Assembly (NCBI GenBank): GCA_030747485.1
Contig: JASLKP010000005.1
Coordinates: 6,006 to 70,005 of the forward strand
DNA length: 64,000 nucleotides
Source of the DNA: Candidatus Thalassarchaeaceae archaeon
GTDB lineage: Archaea; Thermoplasmatota; Poseidoniia; Poseidoniales; Thalassarchaeaceae
Direction: 5' to 3'
The translations under genes and the position numbers were made by a program. The notes under the pieces were generated by a model. It saw only the letters and a list, made by a program, of their open reading frames with translations, was not told the DNA's origin and made no database searches. Each line of letters starts with the position of its first letter. Within the stretch, counting starts at the first letter, position 1. Shown piece after piece: positions 42,280 through 53,384 of this stretch.

Positions 42280-42789
42280 TCAAAGTATGAATCGTGGCAA
42301 ATGACGAGCTGCTGTGCCGACACCAACCATTCCAATCAGGGCGCCTTCTTCATCGACAACTGCAAGTTGATTCAAATCATGGGTGAGTAACAACACGACT
42401 GCCTTCAGTAATGGTGTGTTTTCTTTCACACTCAAAGGCGGGGTACTAACACATTGTAACGCAGGAACGGCCTCAGCCCATGCCATATCTCGATTCACAC
42501 GTTTCAAATCCACCATTTTCAATAAATCTACAGCGTGAACACGACCAACGGGTAGTAGATATTCATCAACAAGGAAAAGATGATCCCAATTATTTTCAGT
42601 CATTACATGGATGACTTTCGATACTGATGCCTTGGCATCTAGCATGTGTGGTGCTTCCATCACTTCTCCGCATTGCAACTTACGCACTGCGGCAGACCGT
42701 GATGACTTGGACATACTGCGTCGGCCCGCTGATGAATCTTTGAACATAACACCCATACACATCTCCTCCTGCTGCGCCCCCAAACGCAT
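42280..42789 (-). CDS. CBS-domain protein
   Basis: Two CBS motifs (HLFLVDE..PVG; QLAVVDEEGALIG); true start probably further in, e.g. 42714. Confidence 0.8.
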   Translation of the reverse strand: MRLGAQQEEMCMGVMFKDSSAGRRSMSKSSRSAAVRKLQCGEVMEAPHMLDAKASVSKVIHVMTENNWDHLFLVDEYLLPVGRVHAVDLLKMVDLKRVNRDMAWAEAVPALQCVSTPPLSVKENTPLLKAVVLLLTHDLNQLAVVDEEGALIGMVGVGTAARHLPRFIL

Positions 42790-42909
42790 CCTATTTCAAT
42801 CCATACACTTCCAGCATACGGAAACATATTCGTTCTAATAATCAATTAAACTACGAATTCTGGAATTGTGGGCACAGTGAACGGTTAGCGGCAATTGCTA
42901 AAATACATC

Positions 42910-43326
42910 ATGGATGGAGTTGATTCGATTACCGTGCTACCAGAGAGTGCATTGCAGAAACTCGATTCGATGGATGATTATGATCGATTGCTAGCTTTCG
43001 ACAGATTTGGCAGTGATTATCGGATGAGTGCAGGGGAGGTTGAGGTTCAATTCAATGCTTGGAAACGTGGAGAAGCCGCTCCTACTCCGAGTACTTCAAC
43101 TCCACAAGCGCCTCCCGTAGTTGGAGGAGAAGCTGCAAACTACTTGTCCGATGCACATCGTTATCGAGTTGAATATGATCCAAGTAAAGATGGATTACAA
43201 CGGCAAGCCCAAGTTGAACAAGCTGTAATTTGTCCAGGTTGTGGTTCTGCATTGGGCATTCCTGCAACCCGTCCAATCAAGGTTACCTGCCCGAATTGTA
43301 TGACAGACTCAACATTCACGTCGTGA
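42910..43326 (+). CDS. Small protein with C-terminal zinc ribbon
   Basis: CPGC..CPNC at the C-terminus. Confidence 0.7.
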   Translation: MDGVDSITVLPESALQKLDSMDDYDRLLAFDRFGSDYRMSAGEVEVQFNAWKRGEAAPTPSTSTPQAPPVVGGEAANYLSDAHRYRVEYDPSKDGLQRQAQVEQAVICPGCGSALGIPATRPIKVTCPNCMTDSTFTS

Positions 43327-43407
43327 ATGGTGCGGATTGTACAATGATTGAAAGCAGAATTCGGTCCCTCGCAGGGCACGGGGAACCGTCAAGGGGGGAT
43401 ATTGGAT

Positions 43408-44532
43408 ATGGTCAGGACACTAGTAATGACCGTTGATCGTGACAACGATTTAGGGGTCAAAGCGGGAATCCGCGGCTCTGTTGTAGGTCGTCGACAGGTC
43501 CTCACAGCAGCATTACGACTGGGTATTGCAGACCCTGAAGAAAGTGATACCAATGCAATTCTAGGGGCTTTACATCAACACGACTTGCTCGCAGAACAAG
43601 CAGAACCCAGTGATGCCGTAGAAATTGCCATTCTAACTGGTGATGAACGAGTTGGGATAAAATCCGATAGGATGATTGCTCAACAACTTGAAGATGTGAT
43701 TTCTGAATTCCAACCAGACCGTGGTGTTTTGGTGACTGATGGAATGGAGGATGAATCAATCATGCCGATTCTCTCAAGTCGGCTATCAATTGATCATGTT
43801 GAGAAAATTATCGTGCGCCAATCAAAAGGGATTGAAGGTACGTACTACTACATCGTGAAGGCAATTGAAGATCCAAGATGGAGAGCTAAGTTGCTAGTGC
43901 CACTCTCAATCTTCATGATGATTCTCGGACTAGGGATGATTTTACCCAATGGTAGCGCTTTGATCGGAGCAATGCCTTTGATTCTGGGGATTTACCTATT
44001 GTTCAAGGGATTGGGAGCAGAACAACAACTTGAACGATTGGTTAGAGAAATGAGGGAGTCTGCAGATGCCGCGATTTTATCCTCACTCTTATGGTCAATT
44101 ACTGGCGTAGCCGTATTACTCGCCGTGGTCGAAGGGTATGATACATTCACTGAGATTGATAATATGTCAATACGACCAGAGGGTGGGGCATTTTATGTCG
44201 GTTTGAAGGTCTTGCAAAGTGCACTAACATGGATCGTGTTGGGTGCACTAGCATTTGCATTATCTTTGATGGTACTGCGTTGGAGAAAGGGAACGTTTAC
44301 TGGACGTTCCATCCTCATTGTTGCTTTCGGTTTCGTTCTTTGGACAATGTCGAAAGCAACGCTAAGTGTTGCGATTACAATTGTCAGCGGTGCTGGTTAT
44401 GAATACGATGTTAGCACCATTATGGCTGATTGGGGAGATACCCTTGTTGCATTATTCATCTTCTGGGCAGTACGTGTCGGTGTGCGCTCATGGGTGACTC
44501 GTCAAGACACGGGGCGTTATTGGGGCGTTTGA
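43408..44532 (+). CDS. DUF373 family archaeal membrane protein
   Basis: LVMTVDRDNDLG.K, DPEESDTNA, VTDG.EDE, VRQSKGIE.TYY. Confidence 0.9.
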   Translation: MVRTLVMTVDRDNDLGVKAGIRGSVVGRRQVLTAALRLGIADPEESDTNAILGALHQHDLLAEQAEPSDAVEIAILTGDERVGIKSDRMIAQQLEDVISEFQPDRGVLVTDGMEDESIMPILSSRLSIDHVEKIIVRQSKGIEGTYYYIVKAIEDPRWRAKLLVPLSIFMMILGLGMILPNGSALIGAMPLILGIYLLFKGLGAEQQLERLVREMRESADAAILSSLLWSITGVAVLLAVVEGYDTFTEIDNMSIRPEGGAFYVGLKVLQSALTWIVLGALAFALSLMVLRWRKGTFTGRSILIVAFGFVLWTMSKATLSVAITIVSGAGYEYDVSTIMADWGDTLVALFIFWAVRVGVRSWVTRQDTGRYWGV

Positions 44533-45665
44533 GAATTTTCGGCACTTTCCGTGATTTGGTCATCACGATGTTTTGATCTCTGTTTTGCACGAAGAAATTT
44601 GAGTGGATGGTCCATCCATTCTTTACTACAAAGGGACGATTGAACATCCCCCCTACTCACTGGGCAACAGGCATTGATTTGGAGTTTAGAACAACCATGT
44701 GGAGTGTATTCATTTTCGTATACATGGGCGATTTGGTATCGCGTAGTCTCCTCAGAATAATCTGGTGCTTGTTTGAAAAATGCATGTGCATCATCTTCTG
44801 ATAAACCAATGACTCGAGAAATGCTAGCGAGGAACACTCGACCGACATGATTCACGTTGACGGATTGTGCCAACTGTGTTGAAATCTCACTCATACAAGG
44901 TGGCCAATCTCCTTCATCAGTAGCAGTAAACGATACCTCGGTCGTTGCTTGATGTTGTAACAGACCTAGAATTCGTCCCACTTCATCAGCCATCTTTCCT
45001 GCAAATTCTTCATCCATTCGCTCCATTCGTTCCCGGCAATCATCAATCAATTCCAAGCGAATTCTTTCTTTGAGCAAACGAGATAGGCGCTGTTGACTAT
45101 TTTCATTTCCAGATGGTGACATGGTTACCCATCCTTGCCGTACTGGCCGATTAGGCAATCTCCAATATGGACCACTGATTTTGGGACATAATTCTATGAA
45201 GTCGATCATTGGAACTTCCCAATCACCAGATTCTCCAAATCTTACCTCTGAAAGATATGTGGAGGCGAGTTCCTGAAACATCTCGGGACGCTCGACAGAT
45301 CCCCATAGTTGATCTGCGCGACTAGATTCACCTTCAGCCCATCGAGCAAGTAAGCGTTCATCGAATGATGCACACACAGTGACCATCGCATACAGGAATG
45401 ATAGGCACTCAACCATCTGTCCATATGGAGTATGGATATCGACGGATGTCGCAGCATCAATGTCTTTGTGAACGATCGATTCAACCAATCTAACTCTAGC
45501 ACGCTCTCGTACTTCTTCAAGCCATTCCGTTTCAATCAATGATTGGATGTCAATATTATTCGCATCCATGTGAATTTTGATGATAGAACGAGCCTGGGGG
45601 AGGAATGGATACCGTGCTGTGATGACGGGGTCCTCGATGGTCGGCAGGCCGATTGGCATGGGCAT
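44517..45665 (-). CDS. priL: DNA primase large subunit
   Basis: ARYPFL, YWRLPNRPV..GWV, WPPCM, TRYQIAH, YTPHGCSKL...CC. Confidence 0.9.
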   Translation of the reverse strand: MPMPIGLPTIEDPVITARYPFLPQARSIIKIHMDANNIDIQSLIETEWLEEVRERARVRLVESIVHKDIDAATSVDIHTPYGQMVECLSFLYAMVTVCASFDERLLARWAEGESSRADQLWGSVERPEMFQELASTYLSEVRFGESGDWEVPMIDFIELCPKISGPYWRLPNRPVRQGWVTMSPSGNENSQQRLSRLLKERIRLELIDDCRERMERMDEEFAGKMADEVGRILGLLQHQATTEVSFTATDEGDWPPCMSEISTQLAQSVNVNHVGRVFLASISRVIGLSEDDAHAFFKQAPDYSEETTRYQIAHVYENEYTPHGCSKLQINACCPVSRGDVQSSLCSKEWMDHPLKFLRAKQRSKHRDDQITESAENSQTPQ

Positions 45666-45722
45666 GGAGTCTCTACCCTGTGAACGAGGGTTCTTCAAGG
45701 CTCTCCATACCTCACAAAGGTA

Positions 45723-46454
45723 GTGGCCCACACAATATCGCCGGACCTGATTGCAATTCAGGATGAAATTAGATTTGATTTTGGTTGGACTTTAGATGCA
45801 GATCTAAATTCTGCGAGAGAATTACGAGAAGAGTGTGAATTGAAAGCATGGCCAAAAGGAATTTGGTCAGATTCCGGTAGAAAACAAACGTTACTTGATT
45901 TGCAAGAGAGATTAATTTCAGGACCAATCACTGTACTTGGTGCAGCTGCTACTGCTGATGATGTAAATGCTGCAATCAATGCTGGGCATGGGATTATTGC
46001 AGCAGATGGTGCTGTTGGTGTGTTGACTGATTTTGGTTTTTCAGAAATTGTTTGGAATTCATTACGATGTGTGGTTAGTGATGCTGATGGAGATGAAGAA
46101 CATCTAGCAAATGCTGCTGAGCGAGGGATTCCATTCATATTACACGCACACGGAGATAATTTTGATGAATGGAGGGCACTTCTGGATGTTCTCTATCTCT
46201 ACAAAACTCCACTCGTCATCACCCATCAGACCCCGGACGACATCATTGGCATGTACAATCCAGGAGGATTTACTGATGGTGATCGTGCCGTTTGTTTTGC
46301 CTTGTCAATGAATGTCAGTGTGGAACTACTCACCCTGCGGGGATTTGCGACCGACCATATTGGAAAGTGGACAGGAGCAACCAACCCAAAACAAAAGATG
46401 CGAAAATTAGAGTGGATGGCTCGCGTCCTTGAGCTCGCGGGGGTGGAGTGGTGA
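45723..46454 (+). CDS. mptE: 6-hydroxymethyl-7,8-dihydropterin pyrophosphokinase (DUF115)
   Basis: IIAADGA, VVSDADG, HAHGDN, NPGGFTDGDRA, KLEW. Confidence 0.82.
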   Translation: MAHTISPDLIAIQDEIRFDFGWTLDADLNSARELREECELKAWPKGIWSDSGRKQTLLDLQERLISGPITVLGAAATADDVNAAINAGHGIIAADGAVGVLTDFGFSEIVWNSLRCVVSDADGDEEHLANAAERGIPFILHAHGDNFDEWRALLDVLYLYKTPLVITHQTPDDIIGMYNPGGFTDGDRAVCFALSMNVSVELLTLRGFATDHIGKWTGATNPKQKMRKLEWMARVLELAGVEW

Positions 46455-47425
46455 ATCTCATTCAAGAAGCGATGAAGCGAGAAGAAAGTGATGATGTGAA
46501 GCCGAAAAAAAGGGCTTCAAAAAATCCTCGAGTACGAACAATGACGACCATTGTGACTTGGATTTTACTCAATGTAATCTGGATGTTTGCTGTCAGTACA
46601 CCATCTACTCACTATGTGATGGACCATGATACTAAATTCGATACCAGTCATCGTTTGGAAGCCCCTAATCTAATGAATATTGGAAGCAATGTTCCTGTTA
46701 CATTGACCTGCGAATTCAAGCCCACAGAGAATATTGGTGCTACAGCATGGATTGAAATCACACTCAAACACAATGATATTGATACCACTCTGTGGGAAGG
46801 AAATGTTACTGATGATTGTCCTGCCATTAAACTAGAATTAGCACCAGGGACATACTATTTCATCTCAACAGTATTCAATGAATCAAGAGGAGATGTGTTT
46901 CATCATCCAAATATTCCAATATCTGGAAAAATGAATTTGGACATGTATCTATGGGAAGCACATACGATAGGTGGATATGTTGTTCTGAATATCTTAGGTT
47001 TGGTGCTCTTCGTTAGTGAAAAAGCAATTCGTCATTGGGCCTCACTAAAACGTAAACGAAGAGATGAGAATATTCCATTACACAAACGGCGTCAGAGAGA
47101 GGAATGGGAACAAGTCATGGGGAGCATGTCTGGTGGCGATGCTGTCGATATTGAAGACCTAGATATTCAACGAAATGAGCCGATTGAAGATGGTATGGAA
47201 AGTAAACGTAGGCGAATGCGTGAACAGTTTGCTGCACAGGCAGCCAATGCCGATGGTGACATCGATGAATATGAAGATGATACTGTCGAACATGACGATG
47301 AACTCGGCGAAGGGACGACCGAAGGTTTGACTGGAGAAGTCAAGGAAGATCGCAACATTCGAACGGTCGGAGATATCTGGCGGCGACTAAGTAGTCGTGA
47401 AGACAAAAAGAAAGGTAAACGCTGA
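46448..47425 (+). CDS. Hypothetical membrane protein
   Basis: Two TM helices flanking a soluble domain; acidic C-terminal tail. Confidence 0.7.
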   Translation: MVNLIQEAMKREESDDVKPKKRASKNPRVRTMTTIVTWILLNVIWMFAVSTPSTHYVMDHDTKFDTSHRLEAPNLMNIGSNVPVTLTCEFKPTENIGATAWIEITLKHNDIDTTLWEGNVTDDCPAIKLELAPGTYYFISTVFNESRGDVFHHPNIPISGKMNLDMYLWEAHTIGGYVVLNILGLVLFVSEKAIRHWASLKRKRRDENIPLHKRRQREEWEQVMGSMSGGDAVDIEDLDIQRNEPIEDGMESKRRRMREQFAAQAANADGDIDEYEDDTVEHDDELGEGTTEGLTGEVKEDRNIRTVGDIWRRLSSREDKKKGKR

Positions 47426-47427
47426 AT

Positions 47428-50400
47428 TCAAATAAAATCATCAAGTGTGAATACCTTGATTCGATCATTATTGAATAATGAATCTACGCTTTGCGCCAAC
47501 CATTCTACACGCTGACGTGTATACAGGTCTACACCGTAGGTATCCATCACATGTCGCATGACTTTGATGTACTTTCGAACCGCACCTTCACTAACTGTGA
47601 GTGCCAAATTACCACCACAAAAATTTGATTCGCCACGAGTACCAAATGACATTCCTTTTTCACCACCCCTCCCTCTTGTCGAAGCCTTAGGATCTATGAT
47701 GCATTTTCCTGCGAGTGGCATACGACGGTACTTTTCGCCGCAGCGCACGCAGCGGAATTTTTGACGCGTGAATGCGATCAAATTGCCACGTAAATCAGGA
47801 AGGAAATGCGACTCTACGACCTGACTGGCAACCCTTCGAACATCTACTGCTCGGAGTATTTGACCGAGATGGAGTTGGCCATTCATTTTGTCTTCCATTG
47901 TTTCTAACGTTTTGTAGGACGAATTGACGGGGCCTGAATCAATACTATCTGAATCATGTGTGAAACCATATCCTCGCATGGCCCCAATGCTTCCCAATCG
48001 ATTTTCAACGATGTCCATTTGTTTGGAAAGTGATTCTGGATGTGGCTGATCTTGTGTCGCATTGTAGAAAGAACTGGGGTACCACCAAGCGGTATCGACA
48101 TTGAGGGCTTCTTTGTCTAGTTCATCGGGTTTCAAACGAGTGGACAATACCAATGGTACATCCATCCTGCCACCTCGACTGCTCGGTAGCAATACTTGGG
48201 AGAAATTCAAAAGACCATCCAATAGAAGCATGAGGGCGTCTTCATCACCATCACAATTGCGACGTTTTGCCGCATGGAATAGTGTGTGCCCATAACCCGC
48301 ACTAGCATTAGACCACCCAATGATTCGAGTGAGAACACCTCCTGAAGTGTGTGGTGCCAATGCAATGCAAAGGTGCCCGATTAAGTCCTGAACTGTTTCA
48401 ACGTTGTAGAATTCTTCCATCTTGTAATAACGAACCAATAATTCATCGACGAATTGGCATGTTCGAATCAAATAATCTGCAGCTAAATGACTGGGGATGA
48501 AATCTTGTGGATACAATTCAAGAATCTGATCTTCTCGCTCAAGTTCGTCACCATCAATATCATGCGTATATCCTAGGTTAACCAATTGACTAACACTCGT
48601 TCCAATGTCTCGAGGGCGGAAATGAGTGATTGGAACATCAATCATATCGTAACGAATAGTACCTGCCTTGAAAGTGGGAAGTTGATGCTTGGCTCTCAAG
48701 ATCCCCTTCTCAAGAGGTTCTGGAGATTGCTGCTTTGAGGTGAGGCCTTTCACGCCTTTGAATTTCTGAGGGATGCGATCAAGTCCTAAATTCCGGCGCT
48801 TGACCTCTAGCAGTCCGACGATGTCGATGGTCTGGTAGATGCCCTTTCGACGTTGGCTAGTACTCATTTTCTCATCAATGGGTTCCGTCTGCCCCCCACA
48901 TTCAACCGGTTCATCTGGAATGGCTCGATGATGACAAATCGTGTAGGGTGTTTTTTTGTCGCATCGCTTACATTTTCGATTACTGATTTGAACTCGATAA
49001 CTCCCCTTATTTGCAGCGGTTGTAATCAATCGCTGAGGGCCACCTTCATTTCCAATCGGGAAGATACAATGTGGTTTCCCCTTCATCTCACGGGGAGCGG
49101 CCTTTTCCGGCCGACCCATACGACAACCTACTCTACAGGGGGCCGCTAATTCCCAGCGTAATGCACTACAATTCCTCACGACCCAAAGGCTGCCATCGAC
49201 CTCATGGTCATCTAACAATTGTTCAGCAGATTTGAGTGCCTCAGAATCTGCAGGACCAGCATCTTCAATGTCTGCAGCGGCAAGATCACCTTCGTCTTCT
49301 GTTTCTGCAATCGTTGCTCCTCGTTGTCGTGCCGCAGTTTCTGCCTCAGTTCGAACGGCGGCACGATTCTCACTCAGTGTGGTTCTTCGGGCACTCTCCT
49401 CTCGAACGACGGTCAGCGCCGAGGCCAATCCTGCCAAGCGTACCTGCACATGTTCCTTCGCATCTGCACGTTGTCTAACCGGTCTGTCTGACGCTTCATG
49501 GTCCTCAAATTCAAGACCGAGGCCTTCAAGGAGTGGTTCCCACCCATGTGTGATGAGAATATCATCACCATCGTGTATGTGAGCCACACCTAGAATCATG
49601 AGAGACGATTTGATGATGCCATGCTCTTGACAGTGGGTCCAGCGTGGCCAATCTCCCTGAATCGATTTTGGCAAGGATTCAATCAAGCCAGGCATCGATT
49701 TTGAGTCCCAATCCTGATCTAAAGCAAGTACAGTTGGTTCGGTTGCAATCCAATTTTTGGCGGCACCGGGAATACGCATCCAAGTGCGCCCTGGCTGAGG
49801 TGTTGTCACAATCCCATCGTCAGAAGATATGGCTGATTCCAGCCGGCCAGAACATAGGGAATCAATGAGATCTGGAATAAATTCGATTGGGAGGTCATGC
49901 CACCAAAGATTCCAAGGAGGCGGAACTGCAGTGAGAAATGTGTTTGATAATTCTACAACTGTGGACCATTCTACAGTCATTCGACGGAGGCGGCGATGCC
50001 AAATTCGTTGACGTTTGTGGGCAGAAATGGAATCATTGTCACCATCAATGAATCCACTTGAAGGAATTCCTTGTGGCAAACGACGACGGGGAGCACCTAG
50101 GATTTCAGCAAACTGTTCAACTTTAGATTCTGAATCTAGAGACTCAAGTAAATCACTAGCAAACCATTCAGGAACGTATCCAGAAGGGACGAGGTTCTTG
50201 TTATTCTCAACAAATTCACCGTAGCCAATCATAATCTCACCATTGTCCCAAATCGAGATGACTTCTGGTTCAACTCGATTCCACATCTCCGTAGATTGTA
50301 TTCGACCATATTGTCCACTGCGTAACAACACAGTAGGGCCATCTAATTCGTCACTGGGTGTGACTGCACAGGCTTTTCCTGGCCGCTCTATTTTCATTTG

Positions 50401-51516
50401 AGTGCCCACTGCAAGAAATCCCCCCATTGCATGCATCGATGCAGGGTTGATACCGGCAGCAGCCAATCCAGAAGTTCGTGGGCGGCCGTATCGTAATCTG
50501 AAACCACCGGGTGTATTGGGTTCACCAAAAACTGGGCGCCCAGCAATGATGTCATCCATGTAACGGTCGATTGTTTTGATACTGCGTGTGGAACTCACTG
50601 ATGCTTCAGCGTCTTTTGATTTTCCTTTTGTCGCAACTTTACTAATGAATTCCCATCCAGGGATTTTCAATCGTTCAGTATGTCTTTGAATTTTAGGTGC
50701 TTTCAAACAAAGACCCTCACCAATGACTAGCATGACACCACCTCGAATTCGGCTTCCTTCGATGTTGCGAACTTCACGATAACCTGCACATTCGATTTTT
50801 TCTGTTTCCTCTCCATTGACCATGACTGGACAGGCACGGACAATCATATCGATTTCTTCTGGAGGAGGGCGATATTGCAAACCGCCACGATACAGTCCAA
50901 ACTCTTCCTTTACTCGTTCAACTTCTGCATCTGTTGGCATATATCTAGCCAATCCTAGTTCTCGTCGAATCATATCTGCAATCAGAACCGCAAGTGCTTG
51001 AGCTGTTCCACCAGCGGCTCGTATTGGACCACAAAAGTCAACGGACACGAATCGAGATCCGTCGAGATTATTCAAGACTTGGATTCTTCCTATTCCTTCC
51101 AATGGAGCGACGAGAACGGCCTCTGTCAAAACGGCCAATCCAACACGCAAACCGGTGTCAATGCTCTTCTGGATATCCCCCGTTTTGTCGTGCATTGCTC
51201 TGGCCACTTTTACGGCCATCTCAATTGAAGATGTTTCTCGGTCTTTTTCTGCGAGCATGATTCGAATATCATCGGCAATTTTGATGCCGTCCAGATAGTC
51301 GACCTCAAGCAATTTTTCGGCTCGGTCCGCTAAATCCTCTGCTCTTGGAATTTCGACAACGTCGCGTAAATCAAGACCCTTTGCACGAGCTTCGGTGGCA
51401 ATACGGTACACTGTTTCACAATTTGTATCCATCCAATCTTGATACCTGTCCAATTCACTCTGTAATCGATTAGAGTCATATGGAGCCACTGCGGAATTGA
51501 CGCTGTCACCAGACAT
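47428..51516 (-). CDS. polC: DNA polymerase II (PolD) large subunit DP2
   Basis: LTEAVLVAPLEGI, GPIRAAGGTAQ, GGFRLRYGR, RMGRPEKA, EPLEKGILRAK, KRRNCDGDED, HFLPDLRGNL. Confidence 0.97.
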   Translation of the reverse strand: MSGDSVNSAVAPYDSNRLQSELDRYQDWMDTNCETVYRIATEARAKGLDLRDVVEIPRAEDLADRAEKLLEVDYLDGIKIADDIRIMLAEKDRETSSIEMAVKVARAMHDKTGDIQKSIDTGLRVGLAVLTEAVLVAPLEGIGRIQVLNNLDGSRFVSVDFCGPIRAAGGTAQALAVLIADMIRRELGLARYMPTDAEVERVKEEFGLYRGGLQYRPPPEEIDMIVRACPVMVNGEETEKIECAGYREVRNIEGSRIRGGVMLVIGEGLCLKAPKIQRHTERLKIPGWEFISKVATKGKSKDAEASVSSTRSIKTIDRYMDDIIAGRPVFGEPNTPGGFRLRYGRPRTSGLAAAGINPASMHAMGGFLAVGTQMKIERPGKACAVTPSDELDGPTVLLRSGQYGRIQSTEMWNRVEPEVISIWDNGEIMIGYGEFVENNKNLVPSGYVPEWFASDLLESLDSESKVEQFAEILGAPRRRLPQGIPSSGFIDGDNDSISAHKRQRIWHRRLRRMTVEWSTVVELSNTFLTAVPPPWNLWWHDLPIEFIPDLIDSLCSGRLESAISSDDGIVTTPQPGRTWMRIPGAAKNWIATEPTVLALDQDWDSKSMPGLIESLPKSIQGDWPRWTHCQEHGIIKSSLMILGVAHIHDGDDILITHGWEPLLEGLGLEFEDHEASDRPVRQRADAKEHVQVRLAGLASALTVVREESARRTTLSENRAAVRTEAETAARQRGATIAETEDEGDLAAADIEDAGPADSEALKSAEQLLDDHEVDGSLWVVRNCSALRWELAAPCRVGCRMGRPEKAAPREMKGKPHCIFPIGNEGGPQRLITTAANKGSYRVQISNRKCKRCDKKTPYTICHHRAIPDEPVECGGQTEPIDEKMSTSQRRKGIYQTIDIVGLLEVKRRNLGLDRIPQKFKGVKGLTSKQQSPEPLEKGILRAKHQLPTFKAGTIRYDMIDVPITHFRPRDIGTSVSQLVNLGYTHDIDGDELEREDQILELYPQDFIPSHLAADYLIRTCQFVDELLVRYYKMEEFYNVETVQDLIGHLCIALAPHTSGGVLTRIIGWSNASAGYGHTLFHAAKRRNCDGDEDALMLLLDGLLNFSQVLLPSSRGGRMDVPLVLSTRLKPDELDKEALNVDTAWWYPSSFYNATQDQPHPESLSKQMDIVENRLGSIGAMRGYGFTHDSDSIDSGPVNSSYKTLETMEDKMNGQLHLGQILRAVDVRRVASQVVESHFLPDLRGNLIAFTRQKFRCVRCGEKYRRMPLAGKCIIDPKASTRGRGGEKGMSFGTRGESNFCGGNLALTVSEGAVRKYIKVMRHVMDTYGVDLYTRQRVEWLAQSVDSLFNNDRIKVFTLDDFI

Positions 51517-51663
51517 GATATGCACCCCGCCACTGCGAACAACTAGCATAGAACAGTGAGCGTCCAAAAGCATTGGGTGGTGGATTTGCACTTCCTAAGG
51601 AAGTGAACTGTTGCACACCCAAGGTTCATGGAAGGCCACTCCTCACCCAAATCAGGGACAACC

Positions 51664-52251
51664 ATGGCTGACAGTACAAATGTCGATGAGGCACGAGTCA
51701 GACTGACTGAGAATATTCGCGAGTTGGCATATCTTTGTGCGGACACAGAGGAATTTACGCTAGCATCCGGTCGAAAGAGTCGCCATTTTTTTGATACGAA
51801 ACCCGTGATGTGTCATCCAGAATCTGCTCACCTACTAGGGGTCCTAATCCACGATATAATTGACAATATGGATGGTGGAGTAGATGTTGTCGGTGGCCTT
51901 GAACTCGGAGCAGTTCCTCTGACTGGAATAGCCATTGCCAAAGCTGGAATTGGAAGTTCACTGCGTGGATTCATCATGCGCAAAGAACCCAAGGGAAGAG
52001 GTGGTCGGAAAACCGGGAACCCCCCAGGGATTGAAGGTAGTACTCTGATTGAAGGTGATCGTGTGGTTATTCTAGAAGATGTGACGACCACAGGGGGCTC
52101 TGCATTGAAGGCTGTTGAAAGATTACAAGAGATGGGTTGCAAAGTGATTGCTTGCATCAGTATCGTAGACCGAGAAGAAGGGGGTAGTGAAGCATTCACA
52201 GCGGCAGGAATTCCATTAATTCCTCTTACCACCCTCTCAGATTACGCATAG
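51664..52251 (+). CDS. pyrE: Orotate phosphoribosyltransferase
   Basis: FTLASGRKS, GGLELGAVP, VVILEDVTTTGGS, VDREEGG. Confidence 0.95.
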   Translation: MADSTNVDEARVRLTENIRELAYLCADTEEFTLASGRKSRHFFDTKPVMCHPESAHLLGVLIHDIIDNMDGGVDVVGGLELGAVPLTGIAIAKAGIGSSLRGFIMRKEPKGRGGRKTGNPPGIEGSTLIEGDRVVILEDVTTTGGSALKAVERLQEMGCKVIACISIVDREEGGSEAFTAAGIPLIPLTTLSDYA

Positions 52252-52306
52252 TGAACATTGATGTCTGAATGGTCATTCCCGCAATCAGGTGCAGGGTGTT
52301 TTTTCG

Positions 52307-52771
52307 ATGAGTGAAGATCAATCTGGTGACGATGTTCTCGATACCACAGTCTCACGATGTATCGACAATCTTCGCAGATGGTTTGGAGATGGGTGGGGAC
52401 AACGAGACTTTGACCTAATTGACGAACTCTTTGCACCTGAATTCCAAGCAGAAGGTGGAGGGGCGGCACGATTAGATCGTCTAGGATACAAAGCCTACTG
52501 TGAAAGCATCATCAAAATGACTCCTGACCTCTCTACCCACGTCGTGGAACTCATTCCTGCAGGTGATATTGTCGTCTCTCGCGTGCGCACCTCTGGCACA
52601 CATTCTGGCGAAGTTCAGGGACATCGACCAACAGGACGAACTTTCGATACAATTGTCACAGATGTTTGGAAGTTTGATGATGATGGACGGATTATTAACA
52701 GAGTAAATGCAGAAATGGACGCTGAATATCTAACCAAGATTTTTGGTAAAACGCCACGATTCAAACCCTGA
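52307..52771 (+). CDS. SnoaL-like ester cyclase / NTF2-fold protein
   Basis: IDELFAP, PDL, GDIVV.R..SGTH.GE..G..PTGR. Confidence 0.85.
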   Translation: MSEDQSGDDVLDTTVSRCIDNLRRWFGDGWGQRDFDLIDELFAPEFQAEGGGAARLDRLGYKAYCESIIKMTPDLSTHVVELIPAGDIVVSRVRTSGTHSGEVQGHRPTGRTFDTIVTDVWKFDDDGRIINRVNAEMDAEYLTKIFGKTPRFKP

Positions 52772-52817
52772 TTTATTGAGCCACATCCTCAAAGACCTCG
52801 GATAGAAGCGAGGCAAT

Positions 52818-53324
52818 ATGACAAACGTACTCATGAAGACTAGCAAGGGAGATATCACCATCGAACTTTTCACAGATAGTATGCCAATAACAGCCGGAAA
52901 TTTTCTTGAACTTGTAGACAAGGGTTACTACGATGGTCTTCACTTCCATCGAATCATTAGTGGATTCATGCTACAAGGTGGATGCCCTCACAGTCGCGAC
53001 CCCAACAGCCCACGGTGTGGAACTGGGAGCCCAGGGTATTCAATTTCCGATGAACATCTGCAAAGTGCGAGATTCTCAAATGAACCAGGGACATTGAGTA
53101 TGGCCAACTCTGGACCAAACAGTGGAGGGAGTCAATTCTTTGTCAATACAGTACACAATTCATTCCTTGACTGGTGGGATATGAGAACACAAAGTAAGCA
53201 TCCAGTATTCGGCAAGGTTGTAGATGGAATGAATGTAGTCATGGATATTGAAGGCGTACGTACTGGGCAGCAAGACCGCCCAATTGATCCCGTCCAAATT
53301 ATCTCAGTGGCTAGAGTCGGCTGA
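52818..53324 (+). CDS. ppiA: Cyclophilin-type peptidyl-prolyl isomerase
   Basis: [43 protein letters not shown]. Confidence 0.95.
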   Translation: MTNVLMKTSKGDITIELFTDSMPITAGNFLELVDKGYYDGLHFHRIISGFMLQGGCPHSRDPNSPRCGTGSPGYSISDEHLQSARFSNEPGTLSMANSGPNSGGSQFFVNTVHNSFLDWWDMRTQSKHPVFGKVVDGMNVVMDIEGVRTGQQDRPIDPVQIISVARVG

Positions 53325-53352
53325 AATGATGTGTTCCGGACTTTTTTCCGCC

Positions 53353-53371
53353 GTATTTATTAACTAAATAC
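53353..53371 (+). promoter_or_regulatory. Inverted repeat GTATTTA-N5-TAAATAC overlapping the TATA-like box upstream of fumC; candidate operator
   Basis: Perfect 7-bp arms read directly, ending 13 bp upstream of the ATG; function is inferred. Confidence 0.5.
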
Positions 53372-53384
53372 TATTGGAGAACAC

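Noticed and set aside
48230-48280. Intein in polC
   Set aside because: The KRRNCDGDED insertion site is intact, and no intein or LAGLIDADG motifs are seen
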